Source: Candidatus Omnitrophota bacterium (GTDB lineage: Bacteria; Omnitrophota; Gorgyraeia; 2-01-FULL-45-10). From it: a stretch of DNA of 64,000 nt. The translations under genes and the position numbers were made by a program. The notes below the pieces were generated by a model that searched no databases, was not told the DNA's origin, and saw only the letters and a list, made by a program, of their open reading frames with translations. Positions 48,593 through 58,684 of the stretch are shown here, one piece after another (the first letter of the stretch is position 1; every line of letters starts with the position of its first letter). The stretch covers positions 77,091 to 141,090 of the forward strand of contig JAPLME010000008.1 of assembly GCA_026387175.1 (NCBI GenBank). Direction: 5' to 3'.

Positions 48593-50266
48593 ATGAACGA
48601 GTTTTCAGTTCTTATAGGCGGCAAGGCTGGCTTTGGTATAGACAAAGCCAGCCTTATTATTGCCAGCCTTCTGGGCCAGCTGGGATACAGGAGCTATATA
48701 TATCGCGATTATCCCTCGCTGATCCGCGGCGGGCACACTTTCTCTATCATCAGGGCATCGACAGAAAAGGTGGCTACGTACAGAGATCAGATAGACGCGC
48801 TTCTGGCTTTAAATCAGGAGACGGTCGACCTTCATAAAGCGAGACTGAAAGGAAGCGGCATTATCATCTATGATTCCGATTCTGTGAATGCCGGAACGGT
48901 TTCCGGCGTCAAGAACGCGATAGGCTTGCCGCTGACAAGCATTATCAAAGAAGAGAAGGCCGGAGAAATAATGCGCAACACCTGTATTATAGGCGCCTTC
49001 GCGAAGTCCATATCCATCGAGTGGAATACCCTTGACGCTACGTTCAGAAAGAACTTTTCGAAAGAACTGGACCAGAATTTGAAAGTGGCCAGGAGGGCCT
49101 TCGATACCTCGAAAGAATTTACTGCATTGAAGAAATTAGCAAAGGAGAGATTGCCGTTAGTCACCGGTAATGAGGCGGTTGCCCTCGGGCTTGTGAGAGC
49201 AGGGCTTAAGAGCTATATCGCATATCCGATGACGCCGTCTTCGCCTATACTGCACTATCTCGCGAACCTGGCGGAAGAGTTCGATCTGAAAGTCGTTCAC
49301 CCTGAGAGCGAGATATCCGTTATAATGATGGCGCTCGGGATTGTCTATTGCGGCCATAAGGTCGCTGTAGGGACATCCGGCGGCGGTTTTTGTCTGATGA
49401 CAGAGGGGCTCAGTTTCTCAGGAATGGCGGAGCTGCCTGTAGTGATAGTAATGGGGCAGAGGCCGGGACCGTCGACAGGGCTGCCCACCTATAGCTGTCA
49501 GACCGAACTTCAGTTTGTCTTAAGCGCCGGGCAGGGTGAATTTACGCGTTTTGTGATAGCACCCGGTGACGCCGAGGAAGCTTATTATGCTTCACAGCTG
49601 GCTCTGCAGATATCATGGAAATATCAGATCCCGTCTATAGTGCTTACCGATAAAGCGATGGCCGAAGGGACTTATAGTTTTGATATAGGTTCGTGCGATG
49701 AGATAAAAGAAGAGGCCGCGGCATTATGGGACGGCCGGCCGCCATACAAGCGTTACTCTAATACCGATAGCGGCGTATCGCCTCTGGCGTTTCCCGGTAA
49801 GCCCGGCGTGGTGATTAAGGCCAATAGTTATGAACATGACGAGGCCGGTATCTCTACGGAAGATCCGGCCGTTACGGTTAAGATGCAGGATAAGAGGCTT
49901 CGCAAAGAGAAATATCTGGCAGCGGAGCTGGAGAATTATGAGTCTGTGAAGGTCCACGGCAATAAGAATTCCGCTACGGCGCTATTATGCTGGGGATCTA
50001 ACAAGGGTGTCTGCGTCGAGATCGCGAATATGCTGAATTTGAAAGTCATACAACCTGTTATTATGTCGCCTTTTCCGGCAGGGCGGTTCCGCAAGGCGCT
50101 CGAAGGCGTAAACAAAGTTATAGCGGTGGAAAATAACGCTATGGGACAGCTCACAAAAGTTATTAATACCTATGGGTTCAATGTCAATGCATCCATATTG
50201 AAATATGACGGCAGGGATTTCAGCCTCGAAGAACTGGAAGACAGGGTGAGGAAGGTGATAGGGTGA
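48593..50266 (+). CDS. 2-oxoacid:ferredoxin oxidoreductase alpha subunit
   Basis: SLIRGGH, GNEA, AYPMTPS, TSGGG, RPGPSTGLPT. Confidence 0.92.
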   Translation: MNEFSVLIGGKAGFGIDKASLIIASLLGQLGYRSYIYRDYPSLIRGGHTFSIIRASTEKVATYRDQIDALLALNQETVDLHKARLKGSGIIIYDSDSVNAGTVSGVKNAIGLPLTSIIKEEKAGEIMRNTCIIGAFAKSISIEWNTLDATFRKNFSKELDQNLKVARRAFDTSKEFTALKKLAKERLPLVTGNEAVALGLVRAGLKSYIAYPMTPSSPILHYLANLAEEFDLKVVHPESEISVIMMALGIVYCGHKVAVGTSGGGFCLMTEGLSFSGMAELPVVIVMGQRPGPSTGLPTYSCQTELQFVLSAGQGEFTRFVIAPGDAEEAYYASQLALQISWKYQIPSIVLTDKAMAEGTYSFDIGSCDEIKEEAAALWDGRPPYKRYSNTDSGVSPLAFPGKPGVVIKANSYEHDEAGISTEDPAVTVKMQDKRLRKEKYLAAELENYESVKVHGNKNSATALLCWGSNKGVCVEIANMLNLKVIQPVIMSPFPAGRFRKALEGVNKVIAVENNAMGQLTKVINTYGFNVNASILKYDGRDFSLEELEDRVRKVIG

Positions 50267-51105
50267 TACTAAACACTAACGCGAAGAACACCTGGTGCAT
50301 CGGCTGCGGAAATTTCGCTATCTTAAACGCGATCAAGGCCGTTATAAATGAGCTTGTGGCGGAAGGATTGCCTGTCGAGAATATCGTGCTGGTATCCGGT
50401 ATCGGATGTCATGCGAAGATAGTTGATTACATTGATGTAAATAGTTTCTATTCTCTCCATGGCCGCGTTATCCCTCCGGCGACCGGCATCAAGATCGCAA
50501 ATCCTCATCTCAAAGTGATAGGCCACTCAGGTGACGGAGACGCTTACGGGGAAGGCATCGAACACCTTATATTCGCCGCCAAGCGCAATATAGATATCAC
50601 GGTTATCGTGCATAATAACAGGGTATACGGACTGACGACGGGACAATACACGCCGACTTCGCCTGAAGGATACAAGGGGCGATCGACGCCTTACGGCACG
50701 AAAGAGATGCCGATGAATCCTCTCGAGATAATGCTGGCCTCCGGTGCGACATTCATCGGCCGGGGCACATCGGGCGCGATGGAATCACTCAAGAAGATCA
50801 TCAAGGAAGCGATAGCTCATAAAGGTTTCTCGATAGTCGACGTCCTCCAGACCTGCGTCACATATTACAATATGTACGATTACTACGATAAGAGAGTTTA
50901 CGAATTAAAGGACCACGACCCGTATAATTACGATCAGGCGATAGGTAAGATAAGGGAATGGGACTATAATAAAGACGCCAAGATCCCGATCGGCGTATTT
51001 TATAAGAGGGAATCGCCGGTATTCGAAGAGAGCTTTAAGCCTTCCGGCGCCGAGGGCCGCGACAGAAGCAATGGTATAAAAAAGATATTGGCGGAATCCG
51101 TCTAA
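50263..51105 (+). CDS. 2-oxoacid:ferredoxin oxidoreductase beta subunit
   Basis: [30 protein letters not shown]. Confidence 0.92.
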   Translation: MILNTNAKNTWCIGCGNFAILNAIKAVINELVAEGLPVENIVLVSGIGCHAKIVDYIDVNSFYSLHGRVIPPATGIKIANPHLKVIGHSGDGDAYGEGIEHLIFAAKRNIDITVIVHNNRVYGLTTGQYTPTSPEGYKGRSTPYGTKEMPMNPLEIMLASGATFIGRGTSGAMESLKKIIKEAIAHKGFSIVDVLQTCVTYYNMYDYYDKRVYELKDHDPYNYDQAIGKIREWDYNKDAKIPIGVFYKRESPVFEESFKPSGAEGRDRSNGIKKILAESV

Positions 51106-51106
51106 T

Positions 51107-51802
51107 ATGGATCCTAACGTTCTGCATAATTTAAGTTACGGGATGTATATAGTTTCGTCCAGTAAAGGGGACCTGTTGAACGCCCAGATAGTGAATACCG
51201 TATTTCAGATAACGAGCGACCCCGTGACGATAGGGATAAGCGTTAATAATAAAAATCTTACACATGAGTATATCGAGTCGAGCAGGCGTTTTGCGTTATC
51301 GATCCTGGATGAGAAGACGCCGCTGTCATTCATAGGTAAGTTCGGATTCAAGTCCGGCAGGACCGTGGATAAATTTAAAGGCACCAATTTTATTAAACTT
51401 ACCTCAGGGTGCCCTGTGGTATTGGACAATGCCCTATGCTACATAGAGGCTAAAGTTATTAAGGAGCTGGACTGTTTTACGCATACCCTGTTTATAGGCG
51501 AGATGACGGACTCGAAGATGTTAAAGACAGGCAGGCCGATGACGTATGATTACTACCACCAGGAGAAACGCGGAACGACGCCATCGTCCGCGCCGACTTT
51601 TATAAAAGAAGAGATGGTTGGAATAAAAAGGGAGGTTACCATGCAGAAGTACAGATGTACCGTGTGTAATTACATATATGATCCGGCTATAGGTGATCCC
51701 GACAGCGGCGTGCAGCCCGGGACCGCATTCGAGAAATTGCCGGACAATTGGGTCTGCCCTGTATGCGGCGCGGATAAATCAGAGTTTGTGAAGGAGGGTT
51801 AA
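51107..51802 (+). CDS. Flavin reductase-rubredoxin fusion (high-molecular-weight rubredoxin type)
   Basis: FGFKSGR, HTLFIGE; C-terminal CTVCNYIY...WVCPVCG. Confidence 0.9.
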   Translation: MDPNVLHNLSYGMYIVSSSKGDLLNAQIVNTVFQITSDPVTIGISVNNKNLTHEYIESSRRFALSILDEKTPLSFIGKFGFKSGRTVDKFKGTNFIKLTSGCPVVLDNALCYIEAKVIKELDCFTHTLFIGEMTDSKMLKTGRPMTYDYYHQEKRGTTPSSAPTFIKEEMVGIKREVTMQKYRCTVCNYIYDPAIGDPDSGVQPGTAFEKLPDNWVCPVCGADKSEFVKEG

Positions 51803-51805
51803 CCG

Positions 51806-52993
51806 ATGGTGCCGGTCGAAATAAAGAAAGGCATCTACTGGGTCGGCGTGATCGACTGGAATATGAGAAGTTTCCATGGACATACTTTCGCGACGAAACG
51901 CGGCACCACCTATAATGCCTATTTGATCGTCGATGAAAAGATAGCCCTGATCGATACTGTATACGGGCCATTTGCGAACGAATTAATAGAGAAGATACGG
52001 GCCATAGTGCCGCCTGAGAAGATCGACTATGTGATCGCGAACCACGTCGAGACGGACCATTCCGGAGCGTTACCTGCGCTTATGAAGTTATGCCCGAAGA
52101 CTAAGGTATATGGCACTCAGAAGTGCAAAGAGGGCCTCTATAAGAACTATTATGGCAATTGGGACTTTCAGGTTGTGAAGACGGGCGATACATTGAAACT
52201 CGGAAAGCGCACCCTTACATTTATCGAGGCCCCGATGATCCATTGGCCGGACTCGATGTTCACCTATTGCCGCGAAGAAGAGCTTTTGATGCCGAATGAC
52301 GCGTTCGGCCAGCATCTGGCGACGAGCGAGCGATTCGATGATGAGGTGGACCAGTGCGTGCTGATGGATGAAGCTGCCAAATATTACGCGAATATACTTA
52401 TCCCGTTCGGAGCTATAATTTCGCGCAAGATCGATGAGATATTGAAGATGAATGTGCCGGTCAATATGATCGCCCCGAGCCACGGTATAATCTGGCGCAA
52501 GGATCCGGGGAAGATAGTCAAATCGTATGTTTCATGGGCGGGCAATGAGACGAAGAAGAAGGCTGTGATCGTATACGAAACTATGTGGGGATCGACCGGG
52601 AAGATGGCCGTTCGTATTGCGGAGGGGTTGAGGGACACAGGGGTAGAAGTGAAGTTGTATGATATAGCGCAGTCAGACCGGACAGAGGTGGTAAAGGAGC
52701 TCCTGGACGCGAAAGGATATATCATCGGCTCATCGACGCATGATAATGACATGCTGCCGTCGATAGCCGCATTTATGTCATTTCTTAAAGGCCTAAAGCC
52801 TAAGAATAGAGTCGCTGCCGCGTTCGGTTCTTACGGATGGGGTTCCGGTGCTGTCGCCTCGATAGAAAAAGAGCTTAAAGAAGCCGGTATAGAGATAGCT
52901 CAAGCGCCAATAGCTTTTAAGTACGTGCCGGACGACAACGAAAATAAGAAGTGTTACGAATTCGGCGTAGAATTCGCTAAAAAGTGCGGTTAA
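51806..52993 (+). CDS. fprA: Flavodiiron protein (O2/NO reductase)
   Basis: GTTYNAYL, NHVETDHSG, HWPDSM, DAFGQH, PSHG; flavodoxin domain. Confidence 0.95.
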   Translation: MVPVEIKKGIYWVGVIDWNMRSFHGHTFATKRGTTYNAYLIVDEKIALIDTVYGPFANELIEKIRAIVPPEKIDYVIANHVETDHSGALPALMKLCPKTKVYGTQKCKEGLYKNYYGNWDFQVVKTGDTLKLGKRTLTFIEAPMIHWPDSMFTYCREEELLMPNDAFGQHLATSERFDDEVDQCVLMDEAAKYYANILIPFGAIISRKIDEILKMNVPVNMIAPSHGIIWRKDPGKIVKSYVSWAGNETKKKAVIVYETMWGSTGKMAVRIAEGLRDTGVEVKLYDIAQSDRTEVVKELLDAKGYIIGSSTHDNDMLPSIAAFMSFLKGLKPKNRVAAAFGSYGWGSGAVASIEKELKEAGIEIAQAPIAFKYVPDDNENKKCYEFGVEFAKKCG

Positions 52994-53017
52994 CGGGTAA
53001 ATAAAAAGGGAGGTAAT

Positions 53018-53500
53018 ATGGGTAAGAGAGCCAGAGAGATAACGGGATTGGATGTGAAAGATCTGATAAAGGATCTCGATAAAGCGTATTGCGACGAATG
53101 GCTTGCGTATTACGCATGGTGGTACATGGGCCAGGCTGTCGATGGCAAGGGATATGAGGATATGCAGGAGTTCCTGCTGGATATCGCTAAAGACGAGCTC
53201 GAGCATGCGACGGAGCTGGCGGAGAGAATAATAGAGCTCGGCGGGCTTCCGACTAATATCCCAACGCTCCTTGTAAAGGGGTCGAACGGCGGTTATCCCG
53301 GGGTCATGAAGAGCCTGAGCGATTACGATGAGATCATAAAGATCGTGACCAAAGCCGAGGCGGGCGCGATAGATGTGTATAATAAGCTTGCCAAGAAGAC
53401 TTTCGGCAAAGATCATGATACATATCAGCTTGCTGTGCATATCCTAGGCGAGGAAATTGGACATGAAGAAAAATTCGAGAACCTCATAGGTAGTAAGTAA
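53018..53500 (+). CDS. DPS-like (DPSL) ferritin-superfamily protein
   Basis: AYCDEWLAYY, DELEHA, RIIELGG, EEIGHE. Confidence 0.85.
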   Translation: MGKRAREITGLDVKDLIKDLDKAYCDEWLAYYAWWYMGQAVDGKGYEDMQEFLLDIAKDELEHATELAERIIELGGLPTNIPTLLVKGSNGGYPGVMKSLSDYDEIIKIVTKAEAGAIDVYNKLAKKTFGKDHDTYQLAVHILGEEIGHEEKFENLIGSK

Positions 53501-53524
53501 ATTTTTAAGGACGAGAGAGGGTAG

Positions 53525-53733
53525 GCGAAAATATCTCTTCTGTATCGTCAGATGGCGGAACTTTCGGGCGATGCTGGAGCGACTTTCTGAAATTCCGATA
53601 CCTATAGGCGGTTTAGGCTTCACCATCGGAATTTTAGCAACAGCGAGCGAGGAAGCCTATTCCGAGCGAGCGGCAAGCGGAAGCATTGACCGAAAGTAAA
53701 CGCCGGATTGAGGTGCTTATAAGATATTTTCGC
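53525..53733. repeat. 209-nt palindromic intergenic element, long copy with an 87-nt internal module
   Basis: Terminal IR GCGAAAATATCT/AGATATTTTCGC; same core as 24104-24226; extra segment 53583-53669 bounded by GAGCGA direct repeats. Confidence 0.88.
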
Positions 53734-53752
53734 ATTAACGAAGGAGGATGAT

Positions 53753-54148
53753 ATGGCAGAGCTTAAAGACTTGTTGCAGAGCGCTGACTGGAAGAAGGAG
53801 AAGCACGTTCCGGTTATAGATGCCCCGGACAGCGCGAAGAAGGGTGACGTGGTGAAGATATCGGTGACCGTGGGCAAAGAGATCGCCCACCCGAATACGA
53901 CCGAGCACCATATAAGATGGATCGAGGTCTATTTTATGTCAGACGGCGAGAAGTTTCCGTGCCAGATAGGACGCTTCGACTTCACGGCCCATGGTGAATC
54001 GGCTCAAGGTCCCAACACGAGCACGATATTTACGAGCCCGGATGTTGCCCTTAGTTTTAAGACCGAGAAGAGTGGGGTCATAATGGCTTCGTCTTATTGC
54101 AATATACACGGCCTCTGGGCGAGCTCAAAGAGACTGGAAATTAAATAG
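53753..54148 (+). CDS. Superoxide reductase (neelaredoxin type)
   Basis: EKHVP, HPNTTEHHIRWI, CNIHGLW. Confidence 0.92.
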   Translation: MAELKDLLQSADWKKEKHVPVIDAPDSAKKGDVVKISVTVGKEIAHPNTTEHHIRWIEVYFMSDGEKFPCQIGRFDFTAHGESAQGPNTSTIFTSPDVALSFKTEKSGVIMASSYCNIHGLWASSKRLEIK

Positions 54149-54151
54149 CGC

Positions 54152-54796
54152 GTGGCATCGTTCGATACCATATTATTCGATGTCGACGGCACCCTCGTTG
54201 ACGCGACGTCCGACATTGCCAATGCGATGAACCATGCTCTGCGCATGCTGAAGCTGCCAGAACTACCTAAAGAAACTATAGTGTCATACATAGGTGCCGG
54301 CGTTAAGTATCTGATAAGGAATAGCATTGGCACCGACGATGATGCGATCATCGAAAAAGGCACGAAACTTTACGTCGACCACTATCTTGCCCATGCGGCT
54401 GACGAAACCGTCCTTTATCCGCATGTGACGGATATTCTGGAATATCTAAAGGGCAAGAGAAAATTTATATTTACCAATAGATATGCGTCGTTCGCCGATG
54501 TGGCGCTTCGAGCCCTGGGCGTGCGTAATTATTTCGAGGCGATAATAGGCGGGGACGATGAGAACTGCATTAAACCTTCAGCCTGTTCAGTGGACAGGAT
54601 AGTGAAAAAGTTCGGTATCGATAAGAGCAAGTCTTTGATAGTGGGCGATATGGATATCGACGTAATGACCGGAAAGAATTCCGGCATAAAGACATGCTGG
54701 GTTACGTACGGGCTGGGCAAGATAGAAGAGGTAGGCCCTCTGAGGCCGGAATATATAATAGATGATCTGATAGAGCTGAAAGATATAGTAAAATGA
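54152..54796 (+). CDS. HAD phosphatase (phosphoglycolate phosphatase-like)
   Basis: FDVDGTLVD, KPS, VGDMDID. Confidence 0.88.
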   Translation: MASFDTILFDVDGTLVDATSDIANAMNHALRMLKLPELPKETIVSYIGAGVKYLIRNSIGTDDDAIIEKGTKLYVDHYLAHAADETVLYPHVTDILEYLKGKRKFIFTNRYASFADVALRALGVRNYFEAIIGGDDENCIKPSACSVDRIVKKFGIDKSKSLIVGDMDIDVMTGKNSGIKTCWVTYGLGKIEEVGPLRPEYIIDDLIELKDIVK

Positions 54797-54797
54797 G

Positions 54798-54841
54798 GCC
54801 GATATCGGGGATATCGGCACTTAGCCTACGATAAGGCTGAA
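54798..54841. other. Tandem intergenic hairpins
   Basis: GCCGATATC-GGG-GATATCGGC followed by TTAGCCT...AGGCTGA; no T-tail. Confidence 0.55.
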
Positions 54842-54858
54842 TAAACTAGGAGGGGACT

Positions 54859-55095
54859 ATGGCAAAAAAAGTGACAGTTTACTCGACGCCTACATGTCCG
54901 TTCTGCATAAGAGCGAAGCAGTACCTGAAAGATAATAATATCCAGTTTACCGAATATGATGTCGGCTCGGATCCGGCTAAGGCGCAGGAGATGATAGATA
55001 AGTCGGCCCAGATGGGAGTTCCGGTGATCGAGATCGATGGTAAGATCGTTATCGGGTTCGACAAAGAAAAGATAAATGAGGCATTAAGTCTATAA
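54859..55095 (+). CDS. Glutaredoxin/NrdH-like redoxin
   Basis: YSTPTCPFC, GVPV, IGFD. Confidence 0.9.
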   Translation: MAKKVTVYSTPTCPFCIRAKQYLKDNNIQFTEYDVGSDPAKAQEMIDKSAQMGVPVIEIDGKIVIGFDKEKINEALSL

Positions 55096-56000
55096 TGGTC
55101 TACGACCTTATCGTGATAGGCGCGGGTCCTGCGGGCATAACCGCCGCTGTATATGCCGCGCGCAAAAAGCTGAATTTTCTGGTAGTAACCGGGGATATAG
55201 GCGGCCAGACCGCCTGGTCGGGCGACATAGAAAATTATACAGGTTATCAGTTTATCACGGGCCCGGAACTTGCCGCTAAGTTTGAAGAGCATATGCGCAC
55301 ATATGGCATATCGGTCAGGGAAGGCGAGGAAGTACGCGAGATCGCCAGGCGCGAGGACTCTATTTATGTCAGGACCGATAAGGCCGAGTATTTTGCTAAA
55401 ACAGCTATAATAGCTTCCGGCAAGGCTTCAAAAGAGCTCGGTGTTCCGGGGGAGAAAGAATTTAAGAACAGAGGGCTGACATATTGCGCTACCTGCGACG
55501 GCCCGCTATTTTCAGGTAAGCAGGTGGCGATAATAGGCGGAGGCAATTCGGCGCTGGACGCCGGCATGCAGCTTATCAAGATAGCTAAAAAGGTCTATAT
55601 GATCAATAATACCCCTCAACTTGGCGGAGATGCCGTGATGCGCGAGAAGATCGAGGCGAGTCCTGTAGTTCAAATCCTGAATGGCGCCGAGGTCCTTGCG
55701 ATCGTCGGAGGCAAGATGGTGTCGGGCATAAGGGTGAAGAAGGATCTTAAGGAAGAACTGATACCGGTAGAGGGTGTATTCGTCGAGATAGGGCTCACCC
55801 CGAACTCAAAATTCGTTAAAGGCGTAGATAAGAACGAACGCGGCGAGATAAAGATAAATTCCAGAAATGAGACGAATGTCGCCGGCGTCTTTGCCGCGGG
55901 CGACGTTACGGATGTTCCCGAAAAACAGATCGTCATAGCGGCCGGCGAAGGATCGAAGGCCGCGCTCTCCGCATTCAAATATATAAGCCGCAATAGATGA
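55095..56000 (+). CDS. trxB: Thioredoxin reductase
   Basis: GAGPAG, IENY, YCATCDG, GGGNSA, FAAGDVT. Confidence 0.9.
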   Translation: MVYDLIVIGAGPAGITAAVYAARKKLNFLVVTGDIGGQTAWSGDIENYTGYQFITGPELAAKFEEHMRTYGISVREGEEVREIARREDSIYVRTDKAEYFAKTAIIASGKASKELGVPGEKEFKNRGLTYCATCDGPLFSGKQVAIIGGGNSALDAGMQLIKIAKKVYMINNTPQLGGDAVMREKIEASPVVQILNGAEVLAIVGGKMVSGIRVKKDLKEELIPVEGVFVEIGLTPNSKFVKGVDKNERGEIKINSRNETNVAGVFAAGDVTDVPEKQIVIAAGEGSKAALSAFKYISRNR

Positions 56001-56701
56001 AAAACTTTTTACCGTTTCCCGTACCAAGGCCCCGCTCGCAGGAAGATATCTCCCCCAAAGAGCTCATCGCGCATTATAATAAGATCAAACCCGAGATAAA
56101 ACGGCGCATAGCGGAGTTCCGCAGTATAATAAAAAGCGGCAGCGAGCAGGATATTTTCGCGGAACTATGTTTCTGCATACTTACCGCGAACGCTAATGCC
56201 GTCAAATGCCATGAGGCCATAAAAGAATTATCCGGCTGCGATCTTTTAGCAGGCGCTCCGGCTTGCAGGATAAGGCCGAAGCTTAAAGGGCGCGCCAGAT
56301 TCCACAATAAAAAAGCCGATTATATCGTCGGCGTCAGGAAGACCTTTATAGACCCCGGGGGTCTAGGCGGTCTGTGTATTAAAGCCAAGCTGGATAAGAA
56401 AGATATAATAGGTACCCGCGACTGGCTTGTAAACAGTATAAAAGGTTACGGATATAAAGAGGCCAGCCATTTTCTTCGCAATATAGGCCTCGGCTCGGAC
56501 ATAGCTATTCTCGACCGGCACGTATTGAAGAACCTGAAGAGATACAGCGTTATAGATAAGATACCTGCTTCAATGGGCCCGCGAAAAGTCTACATCGAAA
56601 TAGAAGAGAAGATGCGCTCTTTTTCAAGGGACATCGGAATACCGATGGATGAACTAGATCTTCTATTCTGGTCGATGCAGACCGGATTTATATTTAAATA
56701 G
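55997..56701 (+). CDS. ogg: 8-oxoguanine N-glycosylase/DNA lyase (Ogg2/Thermotoga type)
   Basis: ELCFCILTAN, KGYGYKEASHFLRNIG, AILDRH, DLLFW, terminal Lys. Confidence 0.88.
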   Translation: MKNFLPFPVPRPRSQEDISPKELIAHYNKIKPEIKRRIAEFRSIIKSGSEQDIFAELCFCILTANANAVKCHEAIKELSGCDLLAGAPACRIRPKLKGRARFHNKKADYIVGVRKTFIDPGGLGGLCIKAKLDKKDIIGTRDWLVNSIKGYGYKEASHFLRNIGLGSDIAILDRHVLKNLKRYSVIDKIPASMGPRKVYIEIEEKMRSFSRDIGIPMDELDLLFWSMQTGFIFK

Positions 56702-56708
56702 GAGCGTT

Positions 56709-58613
56709 ATGCACGGCGTTACATTGTTTACCGAATACGATATCCATCTATTCAGGGAAGGTAGCCACTTCCGTCTTCATGAAAAACTTGGATCACATAT
56801 AATGACCGTGAATAAGGTCACAGGCGTATATTTTGCCGTATGGGCGCCTAATGCGGAATACGTATCGGTAGTCGGAGAATTTAACGGGTGGGACACGCAG
56901 TCCCATGCGATGGAAGTCAGGTGGGATGGTTCCGGGATCTGGGAGGCTTTCATCCCCGGTATAGGAAATGGGACCCTTTATAAATATTATATACGATCGA
57001 AATTCAATAATTATACCGTTGAGAAAGGGGACCCATTCGCGCTTCGCTGGGAAACTCCGCCGAAGACCGCCTCGATGGTGTGGGATACTACATATGAATG
57101 GGGCGATCGTTCCTGGTTAGATGAACGCCCAAAGCGTAACGCGCTATCTTCGCCTATATCCGTCTATGAGGTACACCTGGGGTCATGGAGGAGGGTTCCC
57201 GAAGAGGGCAACCGTTCCCTGGCGTATAGAGAGATTGCTCCTCTTCTCGCTGACTATATCAAAGAGATGGGATTCACTCATGTAGAGTTCATGCCCGTCA
57301 TGGAACATCCATTTTACGGTTCTTGGGGATATCAGATAACCGGATTTTTCGCGCCGACTTCCCGTTACGGTACGCCGCAGGATTTCATGTACCTTGTAGA
57401 TTACCTTCACCAAGAGGGGATAGGGGTGATCCTGGACTGGGTGCCTTCGCATTTTCCCGATGACCAGCACGGATTGATATATTTCGACGGCACGCATCTT
57501 TACGAACACGCGGACCCGCGTAAGGCCCTCCAACCCGAATGGAAGAGTTTCATATTTAACTATGGCCGCAACGAAGTCCGCAACTTCCTGGTCTCAAGCG
57601 CGATCTTCTGGTGCGACCGGTATCATGCCGACGGCATTCGCATCGACGCCGTCGCGTCTATGCTCTATCTGGACTATGCCCGGAAAGAGGGCGAATGGAT
57701 ACCTAACCAGTTCGGCGGCCGGGAGAATCTCGAGGCGGTGAGCTTTCTTAAGCATCTGAACGAAAGCGTCTATAAGGAATTTCCTTCCGTGCAGATCATT
57801 GCGGAAGAATCCACTGCCTGGCCGATGGTCACCCGTCCCATATATGACGGAGGCCTGGGGTTCGGCATGAAGTGGAACATGGGATGGATGCACGATATGC
57901 TCGAATATATTTCAAAAGATCCCATATTCCGAAAATACCACCATGGCTTGCTCACGTTCAGTCTCTTGTATGCCTTTACGGAGAATTTCATGCTGCCGTT
58001 ATCTCACGATGAAGTGACGCACGGCAAAGGGTCCCTTCTGAATAAAATACCGGGAGACTTATGGCAGAAATGCGCGGGGCTTCGCCAGCTGCTCGGATAC
58101 ATGTGGACGCATCCGGGAAAGAAGCTTCTCTTCATGGGATGCGAATTCGGCTCTACGGGAGAATGGAACCATGATCAGAGCCTGGACTGGCACATGTTGA
58201 GCGATCCCGGGCATCCGGGTATTCAGCGCTGGATGCGCGATTTGAACCATTTTTATAAGAACGAACCGGCTCTGTATGAGATAGATTTTTCATATGAAGG
58301 GTTCGAATGGGTCGATATAAAAGATTACGAAGAAAGCGTTATCTCTTTCCTCAGGAAAAGCCGCTCCAACCCGGCCGATACGCTCCTCATAGTCTGTAAT
58401 TTTACGCCTGTGCCGCGTTATAATTATCGTGTCGGTGTGCCCGCAGAAGGTTTCTGGAGAGAGGAGCTGAACAGCGATGCTCTGGAATATGGCGGAAGCG
58501 GCCAGGGCAATCTCGGCGGAGTCCTGTCCGAGTCCGTATCCTCCCACGGAAGGAGCCATTCCTTATCATTGATTCTCCCACCGCTTGGAATATTGATATT
58601 TAAAAGAGCATAA
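56709..58613 (+). CDS. glgB: 1,4-alpha-glucan branching enzyme
   Basis: FAVWAPNA, YEVHLGSW, SWGYQ, LDWVPSHF, RIDAVASM, AEEST, LSHDEV. Confidence 0.96.
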   Translation: MHGVTLFTEYDIHLFREGSHFRLHEKLGSHIMTVNKVTGVYFAVWAPNAEYVSVVGEFNGWDTQSHAMEVRWDGSGIWEAFIPGIGNGTLYKYYIRSKFNNYTVEKGDPFALRWETPPKTASMVWDTTYEWGDRSWLDERPKRNALSSPISVYEVHLGSWRRVPEEGNRSLAYREIAPLLADYIKEMGFTHVEFMPVMEHPFYGSWGYQITGFFAPTSRYGTPQDFMYLVDYLHQEGIGVILDWVPSHFPDDQHGLIYFDGTHLYEHADPRKALQPEWKSFIFNYGRNEVRNFLVSSAIFWCDRYHADGIRIDAVASMLYLDYARKEGEWIPNQFGGRENLEAVSFLKHLNESVYKEFPSVQIIAEESTAWPMVTRPIYDGGLGFGMKWNMGWMHDMLEYISKDPIFRKYHHGLLTFSLLYAFTENFMLPLSHDEVTHGKGSLLNKIPGDLWQKCAGLRQLLGYMWTHPGKKLLFMGCEFGSTGEWNHDQSLDWHMLSDPGHPGIQRWMRDLNHFYKNEPALYEIDFSYEGFEWVDIKDYEESVISFLRKSRSNPADTLLIVCNFTPVPRYNYRVGVPAEGFWREELNSDALEYGGSGQGNLGGVLSESVSSHGRSHSLSLILPPLGILIFKRA

Positions 58614-58617
58614 TTTC

Positions 58618-58665
58618 TTGAACCAGCTTCAAGAAGGTAGATGGGCGTATATGAAGCTGGTTCAA
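58618..58665. other. 14-bp inverted repeat after glgB (terminator or stabilising hairpin)
   Basis: TTGAACCAGCTTCA-20 nt-TGAAGCTGGTTCAA. Confidence 0.6.
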
Positions 58666-58684
58666 AAGCCCCAAAAATTAGGCA

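Noticed and set aside
54859-55095. Possible selenocysteine recoding in the redoxin or other stress genes
   Set aside because: Active sites are encoded as Cys (CPFC, CATC), and no in-frame TGA readthrough is needed.
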